Origin: Gammaproteobacteria bacterium
Lineage (GTDB): Bacteria > Pseudomonadota > Gammaproteobacteria > Steroidobacterales > Steroidobacteraceae
Assembly (NCBI GenBank): GCA_027307325.1
Contig: DAHUXE010000057.1
Location: 1-58,070, forward strand
Direction: 5' to 3'
DNA length: 58,070 nt
Below, in pieces: positions 23,268 to 31,570 of this stretch. Under the pieces are notes generated by a model. That model was given only the letters and a program-made list of their open reading frames with translations, was not told where the DNA came from and did not search any database. A program made the position numbers and the translations under genes. Numbering within the stretch: position 1 is the first letter of the stretch; every line of letters begins with the position of its first letter.

Positions 23268-24030
23268 GAAGCTCGCCGAAGGCACGCTGATCTCGCATCT
23301 GCTCGAGCTGCGGGACCGGCTGCTGCGCTCGATGATGGCCGTAGGGGTCGCGTTCCTGCCCTGCGTCTACTACTCGAACGACATCTTCAGCTTCGTCGCC
23401 CAGCCGCTGCTCGCCAAGCTCCCGCCCGGCAGCAACCTGATCGCGACCGGCGTGATGTCGCCGTTCACGACTCCCTTCAAGCTGTCGTTCTTCGTCGGCC
23501 TGCTGGCTGCCATGCCGTACGTGATCTACCAGCTGTGGGCGTTCGTCGCTCCCGGCCTGTACCGCAACGAGCGGCGCTTCGCCGTGCCGCTGCTGCTCTC
23601 CGCGATCGGCCTCTTCTACGTCGGCATCGCCTTCGCGTATTACTTCGTCTTTCCGGTGATGTTTCAGTTCTTCGCGGCCACTACCCCGAAGGGCGTCGCG
23701 ATGATGACCGACATCAACCAGTACCTCGACTTCGTGCTGACGATGTTCTTCTGCTTCGGGGTCGCCTTCGAGGTGCCGGTCGCGGTGGTGCTGCTGGTGG
23801 TGATGGGAATCGTGCGCCTCGAGAGCCTCAGGAAGAATCGCGGCTACGTGCTGATCGGCATCTTCATCCTGGCTGCGCTCCTCACCCCGCCGGATGCGAT
23901 CTCGCAGTGCTCGCTCGCGATTCCGATGTACCTGCTGTACGAGGGCGGCATCCTCATGGCGCGCATGCTCGCGCGCGCCCGCAGCGCCGAAGCGGGCGGG
24001 AAAGCCGGCGACAAGGTCGATGACGGCTGA
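23251..24030 (+). CDS. tatC: Sec-independent translocase TatC
   Basis: 259 aa; six-TM TatC sequence. Confidence 0.95.
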   Translation: MSEETEKLAEGTLISHLLELRDRLLRSMMAVGVAFLPCVYYSNDIFSFVAQPLLAKLPPGSNLIATGVMSPFTTPFKLSFFVGLLAAMPYVIYQLWAFVAPGLYRNERRFAVPLLLSAIGLFYVGIAFAYYFVFPVMFQFFAATTPKGVAMMTDINQYLDFVLTMFFCFGVAFEVPVAVVLLVVMGIVRLESLRKNRGYVLIGIFILAALLTPPDAISQCSLAIPMYLLYEGGILMARMLARARSAEAGGKAGDKVDDG

Positions 24031-24061
24031 GGCAAGGGACCTTCAGATAGTCCTCCCGCCG

Positions 24062-24085
24062 ATAGTTAGGTAAGTACTTAACTAT
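24062..24085. promoter_or_regulatory. AT-rich inverted repeat ATAGTTAGG-N6-CTTAACTAT between tatC and the POT transporter gene
   Basis: Read directly; 8 of 9 positions complementary; function unknown (operator or terminator stem). Confidence 0.25.
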
Positions 24086-24182
24086 TGCCCTGGAGACCTG
24101 CGTGCACCGGCCGCCGCCGCCACCGTGCGCGAGCAGCACTCCATTTGCGCGCCTGCACGGCGGTACGTCAGACTCACCGCAC

Positions 24183-25673
24183 ATGAACCATCCCGCCGAC
24201 GCCACCCCGGTCACGGCGGCGCCCGGGCGCACCATCCTCGGCCAGCCGATCGGCCTCGCGACGCTGTTCCTCACCGAGCTGTGGGAGCGCTTCACCTATT
24301 ACGGGATTCAGTCGCTCCTCATTCTCTTCATGGTGGCGCCGGCAGGCAGCGGCGGCCTCGGCCTCGATGACAAGTCCTCGAGCTCGATCTACGGCCTGTA
24401 CGTGGGCAGTACGTATCTCCTCGGGCTCCTCGGTGGCTGGATCGCCGACCGGCTGGCTGGCGCGCAGCGCGCGGTGATCGCCGGCGGCATCCTGATCGCG
24501 GCCGGCAACACCCTGCTCGCCCTCGGCACGACCGCCATCTTCTTCGTCGGCCTGCTGGTCATCGCGATGGGGGTCGGGCTGCTGAAGCCCAACGTGAGCG
24601 CGCTGGTGGCAACCCTGTACCCGGAAGGCGGCGCGCGCCGCGACGCCGGCTTCTCGATCTTCTACATGGGCATCAATACCGGCGGCTTTCTCGGCCCGGT
24701 GGTCGTGCCGCTCATCGCCGTGGCCTTCGGCTGGCGCTTCGGCTTCGCGCTGACCGCCCTCGGCATGGTGCTCGGGATCGGCCAGTTCCTGTGGACGCGG
24801 CGCTTCCTCGGCGGCGCGGGGCTCGCGATCGCAGCGGCGCAGCGCGGCTCGTGGACGCCGGTCGTGGTGATCTTCGCGCTGCTGGCTGCCGCCGCGCTGC
24901 TCGCCTTGCGCGGCGCCGTGCACATCGACGGGGCGCTGCTCGCCTCGGGCGCGTCCTGGGCGGTGTCGCTGCTCGCGGTGGCGTACTTCGTGTACCTGCT
25001 TGCCTTCGCCGGGCTCACCGGCACGGAGCGCAAGCGCGTGCTGGTGATGGTGGCGCTGTTCGCCGCCTCGGTTACCTTCTGGGCCGGGTACTTCCAGCAG
25101 GGCGGCTCCTTCAACCTGTTCGCCGCGCGCTACACGGACATGCACATCCTCGGCTGGAATGCGCCGCCGGGGATGCTGCAGGCGGCGGACTCGCTGTTCG
25201 TCATCATCCTCGCCGGGGTGTTCGCCGCGCTGTGGCTGGCGCTCGGCAGGCGCGACCGCGATCCGCCCGCCGCTGCCAAGTTCGGCGTGGCGATCGTGCT
25301 CCTCGGCGCCGGGTTCCTCGTCATGTACTTCGCCGCCGGGCGCGTACTGGGCGGCCACCGGGTGCTGTCCACCTGGCTCATCAGCGCCTACTTCCTGCAC
25401 GTCTGCGGGGAGATGTGCATCTCCCCGGTGGGGCTCTCCAACATGAGCAAGCTCGTGCCGCCGCGCTTCGTCGGGCAGGCGATGGGCATGTGGTTCCTGT
25501 CGCTCGCGCTCGGCGGCATCCTCGCCGGCCGGCTGACGGGCCAGTACGACGCGAGCCACCTGGAATCGCTCCCGGCGCTGTTCCTGAAGATCTTCTGGTA
25601 CGGCGTCATCGCCGGGGCGGTGATGCTCGCCGTCACGCCGCTCGCGAAGCGCCTGCTGGCGGGGGTGAAGTAG
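24183..25673 (+). CDS. POT/PTR2-family di-/tripeptide:proton symporter
   Basis: Start at MNHPADATP; ELWERFTYYG (ExxERFxYY) signature; polytopic. Confidence 0.9.
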   Translation: MNHPADATPVTAAPGRTILGQPIGLATLFLTELWERFTYYGIQSLLILFMVAPAGSGGLGLDDKSSSSIYGLYVGSTYLLGLLGGWIADRLAGAQRAVIAGGILIAAGNTLLALGTTAIFFVGLLVIAMGVGLLKPNVSALVATLYPEGGARRDAGFSIFYMGINTGGFLGPVVVPLIAVAFGWRFGFALTALGMVLGIGQFLWTRRFLGGAGLAIAAAQRGSWTPVVVIFALLAAAALLALRGAVHIDGALLASGASWAVSLLAVAYFVYLLAFAGLTGTERKRVLVMVALFAASVTFWAGYFQQGGSFNLFAARYTDMHILGWNAPPGMLQAADSLFVIILAGVFAALWLALGRRDRDPPAAAKFGVAIVLLGAGFLVMYFAAGRVLGGHRVLSTWLISAYFLHVCGEMCISPVGLSNMSKLVPPRFVGQAMGMWFLSLALGGILAGRLTGQYDASHLESLPALFLKIFWYGVIAGAVMLAVTPLAKRLLAGVK

Positions 25674-25701
25674 CCGCGGCGCGTGTGCCGCCGCACCGCG
25701 C

Positions 25702-26052
25702 TCACTCCATGACGCGCACCTCGGTCACGAAGTACTCGGTCTCGCCGAAGCACGAGTTCGGAATCCACTTGTGCTGCTGGTAATGCAGCGCCATGCGCTT
25801 GCCGACGTTGGCGTTGAGCCGGGCGGCGAGCGCATCGCTCGGCACGGTGAACAGGAATTTCTCCGCCACCGTCCCCGGCATGGTCACCATGGCCATCTCG
25901 CCCTCCCAGGTCTTGCAGATGAAGCCCTTCTTCGAGAGCTTCTGCACGTAGCCGGCGCGCTCGCCCTCGGAGTACGACCAGTGGAGCGTCACCCAGGTGA
26001 AGCCCGCGAGGCCGAGCACCGCGATCACGAACAATCCGACGAGCATCTTCAT
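25702..26052 (-). CDS. Hypothetical membrane-anchored protein
   Basis: Start at MKMLVGLFVIAVLGLAG (N-terminal TM helix); 116 aa; no recognised family. Confidence 0.5.
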   Translation of the reverse strand: MKMLVGLFVIAVLGLAGFTWVTLHWSYSEGERAGYVQKLSKKGFICKTWEGEMAMVTMPGTVAEKFLFTVPSDALAARLNANVGKRMALHYQQHKWIPNSCFGETEYFVTEVRVME

Positions 26053-26162
26053 GCCTGAAACCCCCGCCTGACGCGGCGCGCACCCAAGCATAGCGCGCGC
26101 GTGGACGGCGAGGCTAAGATGGCCGCTTTCAAAAGAGCAACAAACCTCCGGGGGTTCCCGCC

Positions 26163-28139
26163 ATGATCACCGAATCGCGCCGCGAGCTGACGCTGCGCGG
26201 ACTTGTCCTTGGCGTGCTGCTCACGGTGGTGTTCACCGCCGCCAACGTGTACTTCGGGCTCAAGGCCGGGCTCACGTTCTCGACCTCGATCCCGGCGGTG
26301 GTGCTCTCCATGGCGCTGCTGCGCTGGCTCGGCAACACCACCGCCCAGGAGAACAACATCGTGCAGACGGTGGCCTCCACCGCCGGTACGCTCTCCTCCA
26401 TCATTTTCGTGCTGCCGGGCTTCATCATGATCGGGTGGTGGACCGGCTTTCCCTATTGGCAGTCGGTAGCCATCTGCGCCGCGGGCGGAATCCTCGGAGT
26501 CATGTATTCCATCCCGCTGCGCCGCGCGCTGGTGACGGACTCGGATCTGCCGTATCCCGAAGGCACCGCCTGCGCCGAAGTCATCAAGGTCGGTTCCGGC
26601 GACGCCGCCGATAAGGATTCGGTGGAATCGGGCGGCAAGGGCCTGAAGGCGGTACTGGTCGGATCGCTGCTCTCGGCGCTGTTCCTGGTGATGGTGCAGA
26701 CGCGGCTGTTCCTCGGCGACGTGGCACACAGCTTCCGCCTGAGCGGTGACTCGCGTGCGCCGGTCAGCGGCTTCGATTTCCAGCTGTCGCTCGCGCTGTT
26801 CGGCATCGGCCACCTGGTGGGCATGAGCTGCGGCATCGCGATGTTCGTGGGCGCCGTCATCGGCTGGGGCTGGGGGGTGCCGCACTTCAGCGCGCTGCAC
26901 GCGGCGGCGGGCGATGCGGGAGAGTTCGCGCACGCCACCTGGAGCCACTATGTGCGCTACGTGGGCGCGGGCGCCATCGCCGTATCCGCCATCTGGACGC
27001 TCATCAAGCTGGTCAAGCCGGTGATCGGCGGTTTGCAGGGCGCCATCGCTTCCTCCCGGGCACGCAAGGCCGGCAGAGGCGACACGCTAGCGCGCACCGA
27101 GCACGACATCCCGGTGGATCAGGTGGGCCTGGTGTCGCTGATCTGCATCCTGCCCATCTGCTGGCTGCTATGGAACTTCGCGACCAGCGCCGGCCTCGGC
27201 GAGCATGCGCTGCTGCTCACCGTCGGCGGCATCATCATCGTGGTGGTGATCGGCTTCCTGGTCTCGACGGTGTGCGGCTACATGGCGGGGCTCATCGGCG
27301 CCTCCAACAGCCCGCTCTCGGGTATCGGCATCCTGGTGGTGGCGACGACCGCGCTGTTCCTCGTGGTCACCGTCAAGTCCTCGCTCCCCCCCGAGATGGG
27401 CAAGGCGCTCGTGGCCTACTCGCTGTTCGTCACCGCCGTCGTATTCAACGTGGCGGCCATTGCCAACAACAACCTGCAGGATCTGAAGACCGGCCAGCTG
27501 GTGGAATCGACGCCCTCTAAACAGCAGTGGGCGCTGGTGATCGGCGTGATCGCGAGCGCCCTCGTCATCCCGCCGGTGCTCGACCTGGTCAACAAGGCCT
27601 ACGGCTTCGCGGGCGCTCCCGGTGCGGGAGCCCACGCGCTGCCCGCACCCCAGGCGGGCCTCATCTCGGCGCTGGGCCAGGCGGTGATCCAGAACGACCC
27701 GGAGAAATGGCAGCTGATGGGCTTCGGCGCCGTCATCGGCGCCGGCATCATCGTCGTCGACTGGCTGCTCTCGAAGACCACCCGCTCGATGCGTCTGCCG
27801 CCGCTCGCCGTCGGCCTCGGGATCTACCTTCCCACTGCATCGACGCTGATGGTGACGGTGGGCGCCGTAGTCGGCTGGTGGTTCGACCGGCGCGCCGGCC
27901 GCAGCGCGAAGCCCGAACCCACCAAGCAGCTCGGGGTACTGCTCGCCTCCGGCCTCATCGTCGGCGAGAGCGTGCTGGCGGTGGTCTTCACGGCCCTGGT
28001 GGCCTTCACCAACAACCCATTTCCCATCGGCGTCGTGGCAGATGGCTTCGCCACCGCCTCGGAGTGGCTCGGCGGCGGCGCCTTCGTACTGCTGATCTGG
28101 TGGGTCTACCGCTGGCTGGGCCGGCTGCTGGCGCGCTGA
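26163..28139 (+). CDS. OPT-family oligopeptide transporter
   Basis: 658 aa; highly polytopic; OPT-like N-terminus (RELTLRGLVLGVLLTVVFTAANVYFGLKAGLTF). Confidence 0.9.
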   Translation: MITESRRELTLRGLVLGVLLTVVFTAANVYFGLKAGLTFSTSIPAVVLSMALLRWLGNTTAQENNIVQTVASTAGTLSSIIFVLPGFIMIGWWTGFPYWQSVAICAAGGILGVMYSIPLRRALVTDSDLPYPEGTACAEVIKVGSGDAADKDSVESGGKGLKAVLVGSLLSALFLVMVQTRLFLGDVAHSFRLSGDSRAPVSGFDFQLSLALFGIGHLVGMSCGIAMFVGAVIGWGWGVPHFSALHAAAGDAGEFAHATWSHYVRYVGAGAIAVSAIWTLIKLVKPVIGGLQGAIASSRARKAGRGDTLARTEHDIPVDQVGLVSLICILPICWLLWNFATSAGLGEHALLLTVGGIIIVVVIGFLVSTVCGYMAGLIGASNSPLSGIGILVVATTALFLVVTVKSSLPPEMGKALVAYSLFVTAVVFNVAAIANNNLQDLKTGQLVESTPSKQQWALVIGVIASALVIPPVLDLVNKAYGFAGAPGAGAHALPAPQAGLISALGQAVIQNDPEKWQLMGFGAVIGAGIIVVDWLLSKTTRSMRLPPLAVGLGIYLPTASTLMVTVGAVVGWWFDRRAGRSAKPEPTKQLGVLLASGLIVGESVLAVVFTALVAFTNNPFPIGVVADGFATASEWLGGGAFVLLIWWVYRWLGRLLAR

Positions 28140-28149
28140 AGGACCGGCT

Positions 28150-28533
28150 CTACAGCGGGCTGCGGCGGCGGTCGTAGCGCTCGAAACCGCGATGGCCGAT
28201 GAGGGCCGAGCCGAGCCAGCCCGTCAGCCACACGATGATCCAGGTGAGGAGCGCGGCGCGGAAGCCCCCGTAGAGGTGAAAGCCCGGCAGGATCCAGGCG
28301 ACGAGCGCGACCATCGCGGCGTTCAGCACCAGGAGGAACAGCCCGAGCGTAACGATGGTGAGCGGCAGGGTAAGGATGAAGGCGATCGGCCGTACGACGG
28401 CGTTCACCACCCCGAGCAGGAGGCCGGCGATCAGCAGCGTCGCCCCACCATCGATGCGCACGCCGTGAACCCAGCGGCTCGCGAGCCACAGTCCGCAGGC
28501 GGCGAGCAGCGCCCGCAGCAGAAACCCGGTCAT
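28150..28533 (-). CDS. Phage-holin-family-IV-like (DUF360) small membrane protein
   Basis: Start at MTGFLLRALL; 127 aa; 4 TM segments; ATGA overlap with the upstream gene. Confidence 0.65.
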   Translation of the reverse strand: MTGFLLRALLAACGLWLASRWVHGVRIDGGATLLIAGLLLGVVNAVVRPIAFILTLPLTIVTLGLFLLVLNAAMVALVAWILPGFHLYGGFRAALLTWIIVWLTGWLGSALIGHRGFERYDRRRSPL

Positions 28534-28988
28534 CCGGCTGCTCCCGCCGCTCCGGCCCCGCGCCGCGCCTCGACCAGCACCTTCAGCCGGTTGAGCGCCG
28601 CCAGCCACGAGGTGCGCAGCCGCCAGTACTGCGTATCCCATGCCGCATCTCCCGGAACTCCCGAGCCGAGGAGACGCACCACAGTGCCCCCCGGCACGGC
28701 CTCGACGATGAGATCGTCGGTGAGCACCGACCCGGCGCGCGGCAGCGCGGGGTTGGGGAGATAGATGAGCCGCAGGCGGCGGCCCTTCTCGAATATGTCG
28801 ATGTGCGCCTCGAGCTCCGTCAGGCGGTCCACCCGGGCGCGGAACAGCCCGCCCTGGCGCGGCTGCAGCTCCGCCTCGGGCGAGCACCAGCGCGTCAGAC
28901 TCTCGGGCTCGGTGATCGCGCGCCACACCTTGTCGGCGTCGGCGGCGATATCGACCCGGTGCGCGTAGCCGCGGACTCTTTCAGTCAT
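28530..28988 (-). CDS. SRPBCC (AHSA1/START-like) domain protein
   Basis: Start at MTERVRGYAHRVDIAADADKVWRAITEPESLTRW; 152 aa. Confidence 0.7.
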   Translation of the reverse strand: MTERVRGYAHRVDIAADADKVWRAITEPESLTRWCSPEAELQPRQGGLFRARVDRLTELEAHIDIFEKGRRLRLIYLPNPALPRAGSVLTDDLIVEAVPGGTVVRLLGSGVPGDAAWDTQYWRLRTSWLAALNRLKVLVEARRGAGAAGAAG

Positions 28989-29016
28989 GATCACATTGTG
29001 CCATCCAGGGGGATCC

Positions 29017-29406
29017 ATGCCATACGTCCATATCGTGCTCGGGCTAGCGCTCGTCGAGTTCTTCCTGTTCGGCCTCGCGGTCGCCCGCGCGCGGGCCACC
29101 TATAACGTGCCGGCGCCCGCCACCAGCGGCCACGAGGTGTTCGAGCGCTACTTCCGCGCGCAGATGAACACGCTCGAGCAGCTCGTGATCTTCGTGCCTT
29201 CGATTCTCATGTTCGGCGCCTACGTGAATGCCTGGCTCGCGGCCGCGCTCGGGCTCGCGTTCATCATCGGCCGGGCGGTCTATTTCACCGGCTACGTGCG
29301 TGCTCCCGAGGACCGCCATCTCGGCTTCATGCTGAGCGTCATTCCGAACCTGCTGCTCCTCGGCGGCGGGCTCGCCGGCGCGGCGTGGCGGCTATTTTCG
29401 CCCTAA
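29017..29406 (+). CDS. MAPEG-family membrane protein
   Basis: Start at MPYVHIVLG; 129 aa; 4 TM segments; QMNTLEQLVIFVP motif. Confidence 0.75.
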   Translation: MPYVHIVLGLALVEFFLFGLAVARARATYNVPAPATSGHEVFERYFRAQMNTLEQLVIFVPSILMFGAYVNAWLAAALGLAFIIGRAVYFTGYVRAPEDRHLGFMLSVIPNLLLLGGGLAGAAWRLFSP

Positions 29407-30053
29407 GGCGGCGCTCGCCTGGCATGCTCGCGCCGCCACAGGCCGACGGCGAGCGGCGCGAGCGATGCGACGATGATCGCGATCGTGACCACGCCGAAGT
29501 GCTGCTTCACCAGGGGTATGTTGCCGAAGAGATACCCGCCCCAGATGAAGAGCAGCACCCAGGCGCAGCCCCCGGCGAGGTTCCAGGCAAGGAACCGCGC
29601 GTAGGGCATGCGACCCACGCCGGCGACGAACGGCGCGCAGGTTCGGATGATGGGCATGAAGCGCGAGAGGAAGATCGCGAGCCCGCCATGGCGGATAAAG
29701 AACGCTTCGGTGCGCCTCAGGTACTCGATCTTCAGCAGGCGGTAGCGGCCCGAGAAGGCGGGCGGGCCGATCGCGCGTCCGATGCCGTAATTCACGGTGT
29801 TGCCGAGCACCGCCGCCACCGCGAGCGCGGCGCTCGCGCGCGGCGCGGTGAGCGTGCCGCTGGTGTCCACCGCGGCGAGGGCGCCGACGGCGAACAGCAG
29901 CGAGTCCCCCGGAAGGAATGGAGTCACGACGAGCCCGGTCTCGGCGAATATCACGGCGAACAGGAGCGGGTAGATCCACAGGTGGTATGCGGCGAGGATC
30001 TCGACCAGATGACGGTCGAGATGCAGGACGAAATCGACGAGCCAGGCGAGCAT
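29403..30053 (-). CDS. DedA/SNARE-associated family membrane protein
   Basis: Start at MLAWLVDFVLHLDRH; FAETGLVVTPFLPGDSLLF motif. Confidence 0.85.
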   Translation of the reverse strand: MLAWLVDFVLHLDRHLVEILAAYHLWIYPLLFAVIFAETGLVVTPFLPGDSLLFAVGALAAVDTSGTLTAPRASAALAVAAVLGNTVNYGIGRAIGPPAFSGRYRLLKIEYLRRTEAFFIRHGGLAIFLSRFMPIIRTCAPFVAGVGRMPYARFLAWNLAGGCAWVLLFIWGGYLFGNIPLVKQHFGVVTIAIIVASLAPLAVGLWRREHARRAPP

Positions 30054-30282
30054 GGTGCGACAGGATAGCGGGAAGCGCGGCGCACCGGCTTGCCTCGCGG
30101 GCGAAAACGACGTTTTTCGCCCGCCGTTTGTGCGAAGTGATGAGGTAATTCCGCTGAAATTGCCGCCGAGGTTCGGCATTGCGCAGCCGGCAAAAACCCC
30201 TGCGCCGACCTTGCTACGGAGTGCTTGGCTGCTGAGGTGAGCGGGACTGACGCGTATTCAGCCCCGCTTTTTGCCGAATAAA

Positions 30283-31554
30283 CTACGGCACCAGGTCGCG
30301 TGAGCCGTGCGGCTCACCCGCGGCGCGCGCGGCGAGCGCGCCCCGGGTCTTCAGGGTCGCGAGCCCGGTGTGCACCTCGTCGTCGCGCAGGGCGAGCGGC
30401 GCAGTGCCGGGTGAATCCACGGCGGCCGACTTCTGGGGTCCCGCCTCGACGATGTCCGGAATGATGCCCTTGCCCTGGATCGAGGCTCCGGAGGGCGTGA
30501 AATAGCGCGACGTCGTGAGCTTCAGGGCCCCGCCGTGCGCGAGCGGCATGACGGTCTGCACCGAGCCCTTGCCGTAGGTCGTGCGCCCGACGAGAAGCGC
30601 CCGGCCGTGGTCCTTGAGCGCGCCCGCGACGATCTCGGAGGCGGACGCCGTGCCGCCGTTCACCAGCACGACGAGCGGGGCGCCGTTCAGGAGATCGCCG
30701 TGGTGGGTCGCGTCCATCCTGAAGCGCGCCTCGGGAGTGCGTCCGTCGGCGCTGACGATCACGCCCTGCTCGAGGAAGTCATCGGCCACGGCGACGCCCG
30801 CTTCGAGCACGCCGCCCGGATTGTCTCTCAGGTCCAGTACCAGTCCCCTGAGGGCACCCTTGTTGTCTCTCTTGAGACGCAACAGCGCATGGCTCACGTC
30901 CTCCGCGGTGGTCTCCGTGAAGCTCGTGACGCGCAGGTACCCGTAGCCGGGCTCGAGGATCTCCGCCCGGACGCTCGACACTTCGACCTGCGCCCGCCGC
31001 AGCGTGAACTCGAGCGGCGCAGCGCTCCCCGCCCGGCGGATGGTGAGCCTCACGGTGCTGCCGGAGGCGCCGCGCATGTGCGCGGTGGCGGCGGCGAGAT
31101 CGCCGCCGATCTCGACGCCGTCGATCTTCACGATCTCATCACCGGCCTTGAGGCCCGCGCGTTGTGCGGGCGAGCCGTCGATCGGATGGCGCACCTTGAC
31201 CACCCCGTCCTGCGGCACCACCTCGATGCCGACCCCGGGATAGGAGCCCATGGTGCTGAGGCGTATCTCCTCGAACTCCTGGCTGTCGAGGTAGGCGGAG
31301 TGCGGATCGAGCGCGGCGACCATGCCGCGCACCGCGCGCTCCATGAGGAGGTGGTCGTCGACCTCCTCGACGTAGTCGCGCTTGATGCGCTCGTAGACCT
31401 CGGCGAACAGGCTCGCCTCCTGCCAGGGGAGGACGGCGGGCGCGGCGGGGGCGCCGGGCTCGATCGAGTGCTCGGCGAGGACGCCGCTCGTGAGCGCGCC
31501 GCAGAAGCCGAAGATGGCTCCGGCGATGAGCAGGATCACTGAACGGATGGACAT
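30283..31554 (-). CDS. ctpA: Carboxy-terminal processing (S41) peptidase
   Basis: Start at MSIRSVILLIAG; PDZ domain plus LDLRDNPGG and ASASEI motifs. Confidence 0.9.
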   Translation of the reverse strand: MSIRSVILLIAGAIFGFCGALTSGVLAEHSIEPGAPAAPAVLPWQEASLFAEVYERIKRDYVEEVDDHLLMERAVRGMVAALDPHSAYLDSQEFEEIRLSTMGSYPGVGIEVVPQDGVVKVRHPIDGSPAQRAGLKAGDEIVKIDGVEIGGDLAAATAHMRGASGSTVRLTIRRAGSAAPLEFTLRRAQVEVSSVRAEILEPGYGYLRVTSFTETTAEDVSHALLRLKRDNKGALRGLVLDLRDNPGGVLEAGVAVADDFLEQGVIVSADGRTPEARFRMDATHHGDLLNGAPLVVLVNGGTASASEIVAGALKDHGRALLVGRTTYGKGSVQTVMPLAHGGALKLTTSRYFTPSGASIQGKGIIPDIVEAGPQKSAAVDSPGTAPLALRDDEVHTGLATLKTRGALAARAAGEPHGSRDLVP

Positions 31555-31570
31555 GTGCTCGAAACTCCCT